DNA of 64,000 nucleotides from Giardia intestinalis (Eukaryota): NCBI GenBank assembly GCA_000002435.2, contig CM018791.1; one strand, 5' to 3'. Shown piece by piece: positions 29,801 to 41,300 of this stretch (position 1 is its first letter; each line of letters starts with the position of its first letter). The notes under the pieces were generated by a model. It saw only the letters and a program-made list of their open reading frames with translations, ran no database searches and was not told where the DNA came from. The position numbers and the translations under genes were made by a program.

Positions 29801-32800
29801 GGAGTCGGTCCCCCACCTTCTGTTCTCTCGGGGAAGTGGTCCTTGGATAGTGCCACCCAGAGGGCTCCCGAAGCCTCACTATATGGGTGCTGCTTTTAAG
29901 AACTCCTGAAGCATCCCTACAGAGTCGCCCAGTGGCGCAAGTCTTACCCATTGTCAGCGGGGGTCTCGGCTCTCAAGGACATCTCAGGGACAGTACGCCG
30001 GTGTCACTTCCTGACGGGGGCCAGGCGGGAGGCTGCTCACCCTTGTGGATCCGTCAGCGATAACGAGAGCACCGCACCTGCCATCATCGCTGGGGAGTGT
30101 CGGCAGACGGTACTCCGCATCCATCCACGGAAGGGCTGAGTCGTGTGCTGTCGTCATAATATTCCATACTGGCGCAGATAAACCTCCCGGTGGCACTTGG
30201 GGATTCCCGACACGGTGCGCTAATATACTACTTGCTCGAGCCATCGCTCAGATCTGCGACCCCCGTGGTCTGGGCCAGGTGCCTTGGACGGCCTCCAGCC
30301 CTAGTAGGAGCACCGACCTGTGCTCCTTGTTCCAAACAAGCATTCCATCTATTGTGCCCAGCCCTGAAAGACCCGCTCCTTCGCAGGTGTCCGAGCCGAG
30401 CGCTGTCTGCCGCCCAAGAAGTGTGCTGGCATTCAGCAGAGGGGCTTGCAGATACCACGGACCTCGGTGGTAAAGCGCCTGAGACCCTGCCCTGGGCACG
30501 AGTAAGAAGCCCCAGCCGCACCTCGCCGCGGACTATGACACGGTTCCTGTGTGGCGCCAGGCGACGCACAGCAGGCACGAGTGTGCAGTCCTCTGCGCCT
30601 GCTCACCGATGATGCAGCTGGGGCCTGTGGAGCAGCAGGGCCGAGACACACATATGGGAGGCGCCGGCAGGCATTGGGCTATTGGCCGTCAAATGATGGG
30701 TATGACTTGAAAGGTGGCTCGCGGCAGGTAATTTACTCGACCGCAGCAGACAGGATCGCCTTTAGCCTAAAACTGCCATGTGTCGGTAGATGCACCTGTG
30801 TCTCCCACCACTGTTCTGCGTGCCATTATAATATTCTGGCGTCTCTAGATTTGGCAGAGGCATCCAACAAGGAATTCACAACTAGAGGCTGGCCCAACAG
30901 CCAGAGAGGCGTCTATTGGGCTGTACACCCATGCACCGGGTTGTCTTGAAGGGGTCGTTCCCTCTCTAATCACGTGCCCTGTCCCCGGTCCGTACCGGCG
31001 AAAGTCTTACTGAGACACCCACTGTCCAGGATACTGACCAGACCACCAGGCAGCGATTGGCCGGAATAAGGGAGAGCCGCTCTCCTTGGCATACTCTACT
31101 ATGTGCGTGCAAGAATGGATGGACCATAAAGTGAGGCCACTCAGTTTTTCTTTCGGAAGACGAAAAACCAAACCAGCACACCCGCCACACCGCCGACGAC
31201 GAGGACCACGCTGATGGCGATGCCAGAGATGGCACTAGACGAGAGGGCGGACTTTTTGGAGGTGTTGTCGTACTCCAGACATATGGGTGTGGCTGCACCT
31301 TCTGGAACCATGCAGAGGCTGCACTTGGAGATCGCCTTGTGGCACGCCTTGCACGTGCTCTCGGAGAAGTAGTACCCGGCCAGGCAGTCGAAGCATGCCT
31401 CCCCATGGGGCAGGTGGCGCAGCCCTTGGAGCACGCCTTGCACGCCCCCTTCTCCAGGTAGAACCCGCTGTTGCAGGCGTTGCAGACCCCACTACTACAC
31501 ATTGCACAGTTCGTCGGGCATGTAAGGAGCGTTCCGTTGTACGTTATCCCGTACCCGGCCACGGTGCTATCACACCAGCCGTCGCTCGCCTTCGTGCAGA
31601 CAGTCTTCCCGGGGAGGAGCGTGGAGGTGTAGCACCCCCCGTTGAGGCTGAAGGAGTTCGAGCTGCAGAGACACATCTACCGGCGCGACATTCGCACACG
31701 CGATGCCAGCCGCCCGCAAGCTGGAGAAGGTGCACGCCCCGTTGTTGGGGTACTCCGTGCTCTTGGCGCAGCGCGAGCAGTAGCTGGTCCCGCCCACCGT
31801 GAGCCCGCACTCTGCACAGCTGCTGTCCTGCACGCACTGCGGGACGCACGATCCCTTGGCACCGTCGCTGTACTCCAATCGCCTCTTGGCAGGGCAGGAG
31901 GTGCAGTCATCGGATGCCGGTCCGCTGCACGTGGCACACTCAGAGCTGCACGGCTTGCATCCTCCCGAGCCCTCGACGTAGAACCCGTCCCTGCATGCCT
32001 TGCACTTGGATTCCGACTCGCAGACTGCGCAGTTGCCGAGCGTGCACGCCACGCACCTCGAGACGCCGCCCACGGTGGCCTTGTAGTACCCGGCGGAGGC
32101 CAGGCAATCCTTCACGCACAGACCGTGGGGATCGAGGCTGTGGTCATCGGCACACTTTGTGCACACGTCTCTGTCCTCGCACGTGTCGCAGTTGGGGTCC
32201 TTGCACTTGGTTGCCACGCACTGACTGCCGGAGAGTGTGTAGCCATACTTGCACCTCTTACAGCTCGACTCGTCGCACTCAGCGCAGTTCTCCACCGCGC
32301 ACCCGACACACTTCCCGTCCTTCAGATAGGACCCGTCATCGCACGCGCAGCTGTGGATCGAGGATGAGGACCCCTGTATGCCCTTCTGCCCCTTGGGACA
32401 GCTGGCCAGGCAGCTCCTCTTATCCAGGCTCAGGTAGAGGTCGCGGCACTCCAGACACTGAAGACTACTGTCCTTCATCTCACACCTTTGGCATCCCTCT
32501 ATTCCCCCGTTGGCTGAGTCCCCGCAGCGCCAGCATCTGCTATTCTTGGTGAACACCTCCTTGATTGAACTGTTACATGTGGTGCAAACGTTTTCTTGCA
32601 CTGTCTGACAAACCCGAGACCCTGCTTGATCCGGAGCATCTTTAAATAAGTAGCATCCACCATAAAACAAGAAATATTGCCTGTTGCTATCATTCTTACA
32701 AGATGTACATTTTCCTGTTTCAGGATCTTTTGTACAAATATTATCAAGTTTGCTGATTGACCTACAGAGGCCATTCAGAGGCGCTTCTGATGAATTGGCG

Positions 32801-35135
32801 CATTGTGTGCACAACGATTGTCCCTGTATATCTATAGTATTTCTTGATAAACAGATACTGTTACCAATTATACTATCTGCGGTATAACACCCAAACCGAC
32901 TCCAGACGTAACCCCTAGGACAAAAGTAACAATAGCCGAGCTCGAGTCCCTTAACAGACCTACATCGAAAATCAAAAGGGCACATAAATCGTTCTGAGCA
33001 TTCGCTACAGCTGGGTATAGTGTTCCCTGGCAACCTATGTTGGTTACAGTACTGACACCTATATACACCACTACTCCCGCCAAAGCCTACTATATCTCCG
33101 CAGTAGATACAGCGTTCAGGAGAGGTGGTATTAGGGTTGGTAAAAGTTATTGGAGTATAATATATACTTCCCTTTCCGCACTCTTGACAAATCCCATTTT
33201 CTGCACGATCGCAGATACTTGCTTTCCATCTGCCAGACAATTCATAGCAGCCACCGTAAAATAAGAAGTAACCATTGCTACATCCTGTGCACCATCCACC
33301 TTTCGGCGATTTAATACAACCGGCTTTATTAACTTTTTCATCCGTAGTAGCAACACATGTGCCATTGATGGGAACATAATCCTGGCTACACTCTGTGCAA
33401 AAGAAAGTAGTTAAGTCCATTAGGCATCTATCCTGAAGACACTGTGGGATCCTGCCTTCACAAGAATACCCAAAGCCATTGTAGTATACAAACGTCTCCT
33501 CAGAGAAAGACCCTGCCAGAAAACAAGTCAGAATCATGAACAGCGAAGCCAAAGTCATGAAGCTATTATTCTTTATTGGATACCTATGAAAGTTGCACAC
33601 TAATCCGAGTCAGTCACTGAAAGCCTTGGCTTAGAATTACAACTGTCAGAGTAATACCCCTTGTACTTCTTACAGACAGACTACAGACGGCAGACCCATG
33701 GAAGGGCTCACTCTACTTACACTAATCATCGACTCACACGGCGACCTGAGTAACCTGTAATCTGGCTCTGCAATGAAACAGTTAGGCGATCTGTTTGTCT
33801 CCGCTCTCAAGCGGAATTGCCTAATTCAAAATTACTAACATACGCTTCAAAGTTTTGCAGGACTTACAGTACAGAAAACTCATTGGGAACATGTTCCGAG
33901 CAAACACGTTCGATAAACAACCACCTCGCAAAGGACTCTCTGTTGTCAAGGAGATCCTCTCGAGGTCTATGAGTGGGGTGACTGTAAGCGAGCTCCTTGA
34001 AGAATGGCCATTTTCAGGCGCCTGTCCATCCCCTTACCCCGATGTTCTGGGAGCCAACATCAGTCATATCTTCGTTGAGCAAGGGCACTGTGGAGGGGAC
34101 TCTGCAGGGCCTAACGAGCGTTCGGAGGTGCAGCAGAACAACGACGAGACACGGTATGCCATCGCATAAGCACTAAGATCTCGCTGACCTGTGCACTGAA
34201 GGATGCAGGCCATCCGAGTCCTTCTCCGTATGCAATCGTAGCCTGCTGCTTTCGTCGGTGTTTGTCATCCACGAGGGCCCTTATTACCCGAAGCCCTAGA
34301 GCCCTGAGGTCGTACTGCGGCAAGCATCTGCTCTACAGGTGCTGACGTACAGGCCACTTTACTTTATTACTGACAATCGGAGAATACTTCAACATGGTTT
34401 GTTCAGAGACGCCAGGAATACAACCAAGTACCTTGCCGACAAACACAGCATCCAGCCCCAGAAGAACATCTAGTCCTCCTGAGGCACGATGCGGCCATGT
34501 TTGTCTTCTGCTGGTACCGGGCCCAAACGGACAGCCTGCTTACTGAAGAAGAACGTATGCAGTTAGACACCTTTGAAGGCCTGGCCTGCCTTAGCAACCC
34601 AATTCACTGCAGAGTGCCCTTTGCTGCTCCCCGCCCCCAATGCACGGAGATTTAATCAAGCGTGATGATTCACTCCACCCGCCGGCCATGCCCAGCCCTG
34701 GCTGCGGGCGTCTCACTCAAGTCCTGGGCATCCTGGTGGGCGCGGGCCTCCGCAGCCCTTTTCAGCAATGCTCCCACCTGTCGCGGCGGCAGCTGTCGGC
34801 CTCTGGCTCACCGGCTGGGGCCGCCCCTCCGCGAGGAGCTCTGCGACGTCCCTGTTCCCCGCCTGCGCAGCGAGCAGCAGGGCCCTGCGGCCGTCGGCGC
34901 CCTCCCTCTCGTGCTCTGCGGGGCGGGGATCCGGGCCACCCTGGGGCGGTTCCCGTGGGCGCGTGCATGAGGCCGTCACCCCCTACTCGTCACGTTTGCT
35001 GATGCCAATCCCTCTTCAAGTAGTGTCCGGACGGTCTCTGTGTTGTTTGTGTGCAGCGCGCATCAGCCTGAGGAAGACTGCAGGGGTCGGCCGCTCCATC
35101 CTGTCACTAAGCTGCATGACCTTGGCCTCTAGCCT
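26801..35135. other. GC-rich, gene-poor island between the inverted pseudokinase copies, containing a frameshifted HCMP gene and decayed sequence
   Basis: Two segments (29.5-31.0 kb and 34.6-35.1 kb) exceed 60% GC, and all six frames are open there with overlapping ORFs. The segment 27884-29311 has no ORF of 60 aa or more in any frame. The only protein-like signal besides the HCMP is an ankyrin-like fragment at 34713..34979(-). Confidence 0.55.
31141..33558 (-). pseudogene. High-cysteine membrane protein (HCMP, VSP-like CXXC/CXC repeat surface protein) disrupted by two +/-1 frameshifts
   Basis: Signal peptide 'MTLASLFMILTCFLAGS' (ATG 33556-33558; the track ORF starts at GTG 33600). About 640 aa are rich in CXXC/CXC with EGF-like spacing. 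The frame changes near 31680 and again near 31405, the second at a 'ccccatgggg' homopolymer run. The tail in the third frame ends with TM 'GIAISVVLVVGGVAGVLVWFFVF' plus 'RKKN'. The absence of a CRGKA tail makes this HCMP rather than VSP. Confidence 0.6.
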
Positions 35136-36124
35136 TCACGTGGCCAGATGCCCTTTACCCTGATCCTCGAGAGTGCCCTTAAGAGAGGCAGTCTCAGCAG
35201 ACCTGGCGTCGAGGGCCGCCTCAAGAGTAGTAATCCTGTCCAGCTTGGTCTTGGCATCCTCCTCCAGAAGTGTAATCCTGGCGTTAGCACTGTTCAGAGT
35301 AGTCTCCAAGGCGCCGCACTTGTACCTCAGCATCACGCACTGACCCCCCAGCTCACTAACTGGGATGTCGAATGTAGCGAGCGTCTCGTGCAGCTCCCTG
35401 GCCGTCGGCCTCCTCTCTGGCTCCAGCACGAATATCCTCTCCAGAACATTCTGCATGAAGCCATCAGTGACATCGCTCAGGTCCGGCCTCCACCCGTCAC
35501 GAAGACCTCTGCTGGCTCCTTGCCCCCCAGGAAGTCCAGCCTCCTCAGAGTAGTAAGCTCGTAGAGGATGACCCCGAGGCTCCACACGTCGGAGGCGGGG
35601 CTGGACTCATTACGGAGGAGCACCTCGGGGGCCATGTATACTGCCACTCCCATGAGAGTGCTCTCACTCCACAGGGCGTCCTTGCAGAGGCCGAGGCCAG
35701 CGATGATGAAGCGCTCTCCGTCTGCGCTGATAAATATGTTGGCAGGCCTGAGGTCACAGTGGACAAGCCCCCTATTGTTTGCCCCATTGACGCCGTGGAG
35801 GTAGGCGAGGGCGGCAGCGACCTGCTTCATGGCGGAGAGGATCATAGCGATAGGGACGAGGTTCTTCCTTCGCTTGTGCTCGGCGAGGAGGTTGTCAAGA
35901 GTCCTGCTGTGGCGGTCCGTGACGACGTAGATGAGGCCCTCGTCTTCAATCACTTGATGATACTTGAGGACCCCTGGATGGGAGAGGTCGAGAAGGGCGG
36001 TCAGCTCTAGTCTGATGGCATCTGCACTGTTCTTGTCCAGGCCACCGAGCTGAATCTCCTCCACGGTGAGGTGGGGGCCTCTCCTGAGAGAGTAGATAAC
36101 ACTGAAGGCATCCTTGCTGAGCAT
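35136..36124 (-). pseudogene. NEK-like pseudokinase copy B (kinase C-lobe plus coiled-coil tail) with a 1-bp frameshift
   Basis: First ATG (MLSKD...) at 36122-36124. It is identical to copy A through 'SPASDVWSLG'. Copy A reads 'cttcgtcgacgggtgg' at 26588-26603 where copy B reads 'cttcgtgacgggtgg' (a 1-bp deletion near 35499). This splits the gene into ORFs 35477..36283 and 35136..35585. The downstream part continues into a coiled coil ('ARITLLEEDAKTKLDRITTLEAALDARSAE'). Confidence 0.55.
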
Positions 36125-36199
36125 GCTGCCGACCCTGGCTGCTGCGTGCCTCCCCAAGGCTCCAGTCCCAGCCCAGACGCCGCGGACATGCTTTTGGGC
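35397..36199. repeat. Right arm of the inverted duplication (reverse-complement copy of 25897-26695)
   Basis: Same evidence as the left arm. The arms are about 8.7 kb apart and the genes point convergently into the island. Confidence 0.8.
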
Positions 36200-36963
36200 A
36201 GGGGGACAGCCTCTCCGCGGGCGGTCCGAGCTGCATCGTAGACTTCGGCCCACGGGATGGCTTATCGCAACGCGCCTGCTCACATAGGTTGAAAGGCTAC
36301 ATTAAATATTTCATCTGCAGTGCTAGGTCTAATTCTGGACGAGATTTCGTCTTAGCTATTCACGCTTCAATTAGAGTTTTACTTGTAGACGATTCATATA
36401 TTTACATATACAATTTGCGTCATTAGACTAGACTATTAACTAGTCTATGCATACGTACACTGCAACATACCGCAATCTGCATAAATTAGCTGGAAAACAA
36501 AATGATCAAAGTAATGCAATCCCTCATAATTCAAGCACAGATGTAAATTTATGGATGGTGCACAGCTCGTATCCGAGTGCGCTGACAAGCTGATAGTAAG
36601 GCTGCTCGTTTTTGTTCTGTAACAAATCGGAGCCTATTAGATCCACACGGGCTGGTAAAGATAATGGGAAGCTTGCTAAGCCCAACTGCCTTACGCTCCA
36701 CATCTCGGTCTGCATATGTTTCTTTGCCCAGCCCAACCTGGAAGTATTCCAACTTAAGCCCGTCCTGAAGTCCATGAGTAAACATCTTCATATGGGGTGT
36801 TTTGACAGATAAAACCTGTCGCATGGGATAGTACGTCAACGGTGGCCGTAAACTTTCACTCATTTCTTGTATTTGCCTGCACTTAACTTGATGGAAACAA
36901 TCACACTGAAATTTTTACCCAGAATTTACTCACCTAGGGCCAGCAAAGGGGCGTAAAAGTGCT

Positions 36964-38169
36964 TTAGAAATGAAAGTCTCCGCCAAATCTCTTAGAGTTA
37001 CGATGGGAGTCCGTCTTCTTTCGCTTTTCATCCTTAGTACTATGGTCTTCTCCGCGCATGCTGCCACGACGACTGCGTCGCTCTGACCTCTTTGCGCCAT
37101 CCTCTGAATCATCATCATCCTTGTCTTTGTCCTTCTTTTTCTTTTCTCCCTTGTCGTCCTTGTCATCCTTGTCGTCGGCATCATCGTCGCCATTTTCGGC
37201 TCCAGAATCAGACCCCTTCTTCTTCCCGTCAGCGTTGGGATTGAGCTCCTTTCCACGCAATTTGTTTTCGTGGTACTTATCGACGTCTATTCCTAGAAGT
37301 GTCCAATCAAATACGTAATCGTAAGAAAATCCTTCGCGTACAAATAGCTCGCGGAAGATCTTCCTCAAATACGCATAGTCAGGCCTATCATCAAACCTGA
37401 GAGCGCGCGTGTAGTGCAGGTACGCGGCAAACTCTGTTGGCTGACCTCGGGTGAGGGACTCGATGGGGCTAGAGAGCTTTTTCTCTAGAATTTTCTCATA
37501 CTTTTGGCGCTTTGTGTTGGCCTTGAGGCCTTGCCAAGGTAAGAAACCGCGTAGGAAGTAAAGGAAGACATACGCCAACGCCTCCAAATCGTCTCTGCGC
37601 GATTGCTCCAGGCCAAGGTGGGTGTTTATAGAACAGTATCTGGCGGTTCCCGTGAGGCTCTTATGCTCTCGATACGGAATATGCGTGTTTCCTACCATGT
37701 AGCGCTTTGCTAAACCAAAGTCTATAATGTAGACCGTTGTCTTGCGCCTCCCAAGACCTATGAGGAAGTTATCAGGCTTAATATCTCTGTGCAGGAAATT
37801 CTTGAGGTGGAGAAATTCGACTCTGGTGATCATCTGGTCTGCTAGCATGAGCACAGTTTTGAGTGAAAAGTGCCTATTGCAAGCTGTGAAGAGATCCTCC
37901 AAGGAGGGACCCAGCAAATCCATGACCAGTACATTGTATTCTCCCTCTGGAGCATAATGGTAAATATACGGTATTCCAACTCCACCCACGAGGATCTTAT
38001 AAAGCTTCGATTCATAGAGCAACTGCGGCGGCTTGGCATCAATTGGCTCTAGTTTGATGGCAACATCTTCTCCTGTTGCCAGATTAACACCGCGGTAGAG
38101 CTCACCGAATGCTCCTCGACCGATGCGATAGTGAAGTTGATATTTCCCTGCTATACGGAGATCGGTCAT
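36964..38169 (-). CDS. CK1: Casein kinase 1 (CK1) with acidic/lysine-rich low-complexity C-terminal tail (401 aa)
   Basis: Segments '[14 protein letters not shown]...VAIKLE', '[10 protein letters not shown]', '[12 protein letters not shown]', 'IIDFGLAK' and '[25 protein letters not shown]' are the canonical CK1 signature. The tail is '[23 protein letters not shown]'. An 'AGTAAAT' polyA-like signal lies about 40 nt past the stop. Confidence 0.9.
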   Translation of the reverse strand: MTDLRIAGKYQLHYRIGRGAFGELYRGVNLATGEDVAIKLEPIDAKPPQLLYESKLYKILVGGVGIPYIYHYAPEGEYNVLVMDLLGPSLEDLFTACNRHFSLKTVLMLADQMITRVEFLHLKNFLHRDIKPDNFLIGLGRRKTTVYIIDFGLAKRYMVGNTHIPYREHKSLTGTARYCSINTHLGLEQSRRDDLEALAYVFLYFLRGFLPWQGLKANTKRQKYEKILEKKLSSPIESLTRGQPTEFAAYLHYTRALRFDDRPDYAYLRKIFRELFVREGFSYDYVFDWTLLGIDVDKYHENKLRGKELNPNADGKKKGSDSGAENGDDDADDKDDKDDKGEKKKKDKDKDDDDSEDGAKRSERRSRRGSMRGEDHSTKDEKRKKTDSHRNSKRFGGDFHF

Positions 38170-38348
38170 CTCGCAAATTGTTTTTTAAATTAAAGACATT
38201 GTACAGGCCGCAGGAAGAGATAACGACTCCGGAAAACCTAGCCAATGGTGGCCTATGTTTATGGCTGGAGTTCTTTTTAACGCTCTTGATGCGCTGTCCT
38301 ATAGAAGAGTCCGGTTCTCTCGCTTTCAAACATTTTTAAGATTTGAGC

Positions 38349-41300
38349 ATGACAGGAACAAGAGCGCAAGCTGCCGAGGTTTTATTGGAGCGTGTCGAGG
38401 CACTTAGGTCACACCTTTCTACACAGTCTTCGAAGGAAACGTTGGTTTTAAGCGAGGACACGACCTCGCTGATAGAGGCTGTGTTTCAGGTTGTGAAGTC
38501 CGGCTTTCCTTTGGGCCCTTGTTTGGTACCTATTTGCTCTCTTCTTGAGGAGCTCCTGACTATCCCCAACTGGATACGTAGACTGACGGCGGCCAGTACT
38601 CTTATTCATGTTGCTAATGAAAACGAACTTGACCACGAGGCGCTCCGCCGTTTTGCTGATCTGCTTTTGACCTTTTTGCATGATGAAAAGCGAGAGCTTC
38701 GTGACATTGGCTCTCTTGCGCTTATGAGTCTTCGCTATGAGCAGCAAGTTAGTGTTGCCAATCATCTTGTTGCTGAACTGGAGCAGAAGGATGGCTCTGT
38801 GTCTGCTCACCTCATTGAAGGAAGTGTTACGTATGCTGGCTACTTTCTTGCACACGCCCCTCGCGATGCTACTAAGGTTGGACTCAACATCCTTATCTTG
38901 TCCTTCGATCCCCAGCACAAGATCACAAATGCTAGCAAGGACTACCTTTACTGGCACGTGGCCAAAGCTCTGACTAAGTATTTAAAAGCCCTCATTTCCA
39001 ATCCCCTTGCAGCTGCAATATTGAACATACCTGTAAGATCTCTTCCAAATCGCGAAGAGAAGGATAAGAAATATCTTGGTGGTACAGTTACTGCTTCTGT
39101 AGCAATTTCTTGGCTTTTGGAGAAGGTTGTCGCATACACTGATGTGCGCTGCCGGAAATCGGCGGCAGAAGCCCTGTCATTATATCTGTACTTGAATTCA
39201 GTGATTTTACAGAGACAATATTTAGATTTACTAAAGGATGCACGTCTTTTCATGGGCGGTAATTTGGTCTGTGATGCGTTTGATCTCTATACTCATGCGT
39301 ATTGCTGTATGCTCACCCATGCCGCAGAGCTTCGGGTATCCATGGCTGATTCCATCAGGAAGCATGACTATGCAGACTATTACCGCTATTTCATTGAGCT
39401 GTATCGTTCCATGTCCGTGGACTTCCCCACGGAAAAGCACCTCTCCGGGATTTATCAAGGGGCTCTCATCAAGGGACTTGTCATGATGGAATATCATGGG
39501 CATAGCACGAAGCTTGTCTACTCTTTCTCTCTTATGAAGCGTCTTCTCGGCAGCACTGCGATGCACTGTATAGATGGAGGTATACTATGCGCCTTGGAGA
39601 TTTTCCGTCACGTGCCTGAATATGTCATGGGTCAAATAGTTGAGGCGCAGCTGTACTTACTTTCAAACCACTCCTCTCTTCCCATTGCTGTTTCAGCCAA
39701 AAAGGCACTCCTTGGAATCCCCGCTGCCCATGAGCCAACGTTTATACTGGGGTATCTGTGGTGTATAATGTCTCGGATAGCGGTAGATAATGCAGACATC
39801 AAGGAAGCAGGGTTTAAGGCCATGTACACCCTTTTCAGCGAGCATAAGGATTATATAGCGAAGCTAAATACTATAAAGGACTCAAAGCTGGTTAATTATT
39901 GCCCGTCACAAGTGCTACTCAATGGTCTTACCTATCAGACAAGTCCACAGGCTAGCCTGGTAGGTAGTGGTAGTGGATCTTCAAATCCAGGGTATGACTT
40001 CATTAGTCTGGCATCAAAGAGGTTAGACGTTCCCGATCTTTTAGCGTTTCTCAAGATTGTCTTCTGTGTAATTGAGCATACGGTACGAGACACTTCGTCT
40101 CCTATGAACGACTATCCTAGAATCTCGGCTGTTAACATGTTAGAGCCACTCCTCGATATCATCCTTCCGATCATCTCACAATATCGAGCCAGTCCACGAA
40201 AGTCACCTCTCATTGTAAAGCGTGCACCAGTCGCGGCTACTGCAGTTGTCGTCGACGTGCCCGTGGAGATCTACACCTTGCTAAGGGGTGTATTCTTGCT
40301 GCTTACCTACACCATCACGGTTCAATCGTTAGCTTCTAGGTCTGCACGTATTGTGGGAAAGCTCTATAGTGTTCTTTATGCTATTCTTTCTGATGACTCT
40401 GGGGATTATTCTGAGAACGTTCACGCCATCAGAGAGCGTATTGCCCCTCTTTATAACTTCGTGCTAATGGCACTATACGTATTAGTGTACAGCTTTAACA
40501 TATATGACGAGGACCTTGCAGAATCAGCCAGAGCGGCTGTTCCAGCGGTCATTGGTTTTCTTAAAATCTTAGTGGTACCAGTTGTTATACTTAAGGACGC
40601 CATTCTCTGCTTGGCCGGCACCATCGCCACAGCAGCTGGAGCTACAGATGAGATAGAGGTATCCGAGATGATCATCAAGAACGTTTCTGGATTCCTAATG
40701 CCAGAAACATCGTTTTGTGATCACACAAAAGAAAGGATTGAGGAGGAAGATACAGGCAGTGAGGGGGCCGAAGATGATGCTTCTCTTAGGATGATCTCAA
40801 AGGAGAACGTTAATGATCTTTCTCGCCAAAAGCTTCATGCCATCCTCTTTGGTCTGGATAACACAGAGGACAGTGAAGGAAGGACGAGGAATGCTATGGA
40901 GGAGAGCACTGACGACGAAGGCGACCTGGTATTAATGGATGGGCTAGCCACCGGTCTTCCACAGGCTGCGCTTACTCTTCTATCTATTCACAATTCTGCA
41001 ATAGACGAGCATTCTGCGTATGCGGAGAGAGATGTTACGGTTGGAATTCTACGAGCTCTCAGAGGTGACGATATTGATGAAGATTACTTGCTTCACGGTA
41101 TTGCATATCTATTTGGTATATACTGTACCATAACCAAAAAGAAACGACTCATTGAGAATTTTATGGCTTTGATAAAGAAGTACGCTGAGGAGGAGCTGCA
41201 AGACACAGTTGTGGGAGGATACGTCGCATCCTTAGACTTCGAGGAGAATTATCCTTTGCTCAACTCATTCTTTAGTGCAGATAATTTCACAATAAACGTG

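Noticed and set aside
29951-30651. Clusters of overlapping 60-140-aa ORFs in five frames in the GC-rich block.
   Set aside because: They are mutually overlapping on both strands with Arg/Pro/Ala/Gly-rich composition. This is a high-GC artefact and not protein coding.
31141-33558. Considered calling the Cys-rich gene a variant-specific surface protein (VSP).
   Set aside because: The C-terminus is TM plus 'FRKKN', not the invariant CRGKA pentapeptide of VSPs. It fits the high-cysteine membrane protein (HCMP) class instead.
26801-35135. Considered that the island is an inserted retrotransposon (GilM/GilT/GilD-like) or viral DNA.
   Set aside because: There is no long ORF with reverse-transcriptase (YxDD), endonuclease or capsid-like motifs anywhere in 26.8-31.1 kb or 33.6-35.1 kb. 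The only protein-like relics are HCMP, ankyrin-like and NEK-like, which are host gene families.
38343-38348. N-terminal extensions in the ORF track that begin at TTG/GTG/CTG. Affected ORFs include 25931, 33600, 36283, 38343, 50642, 51648, 54906 and 60374.
   Set aside because: I read the codons directly. The track's first 'M' is a non-ATG codon in each case, for example 'ttg agc ATG' at 38343 and 'gtg ATG' at 50642. A nuclear eukaryotic gene should start at ATG, so I trimmed each to the first ATG. This also removed implausible gene overlaps.
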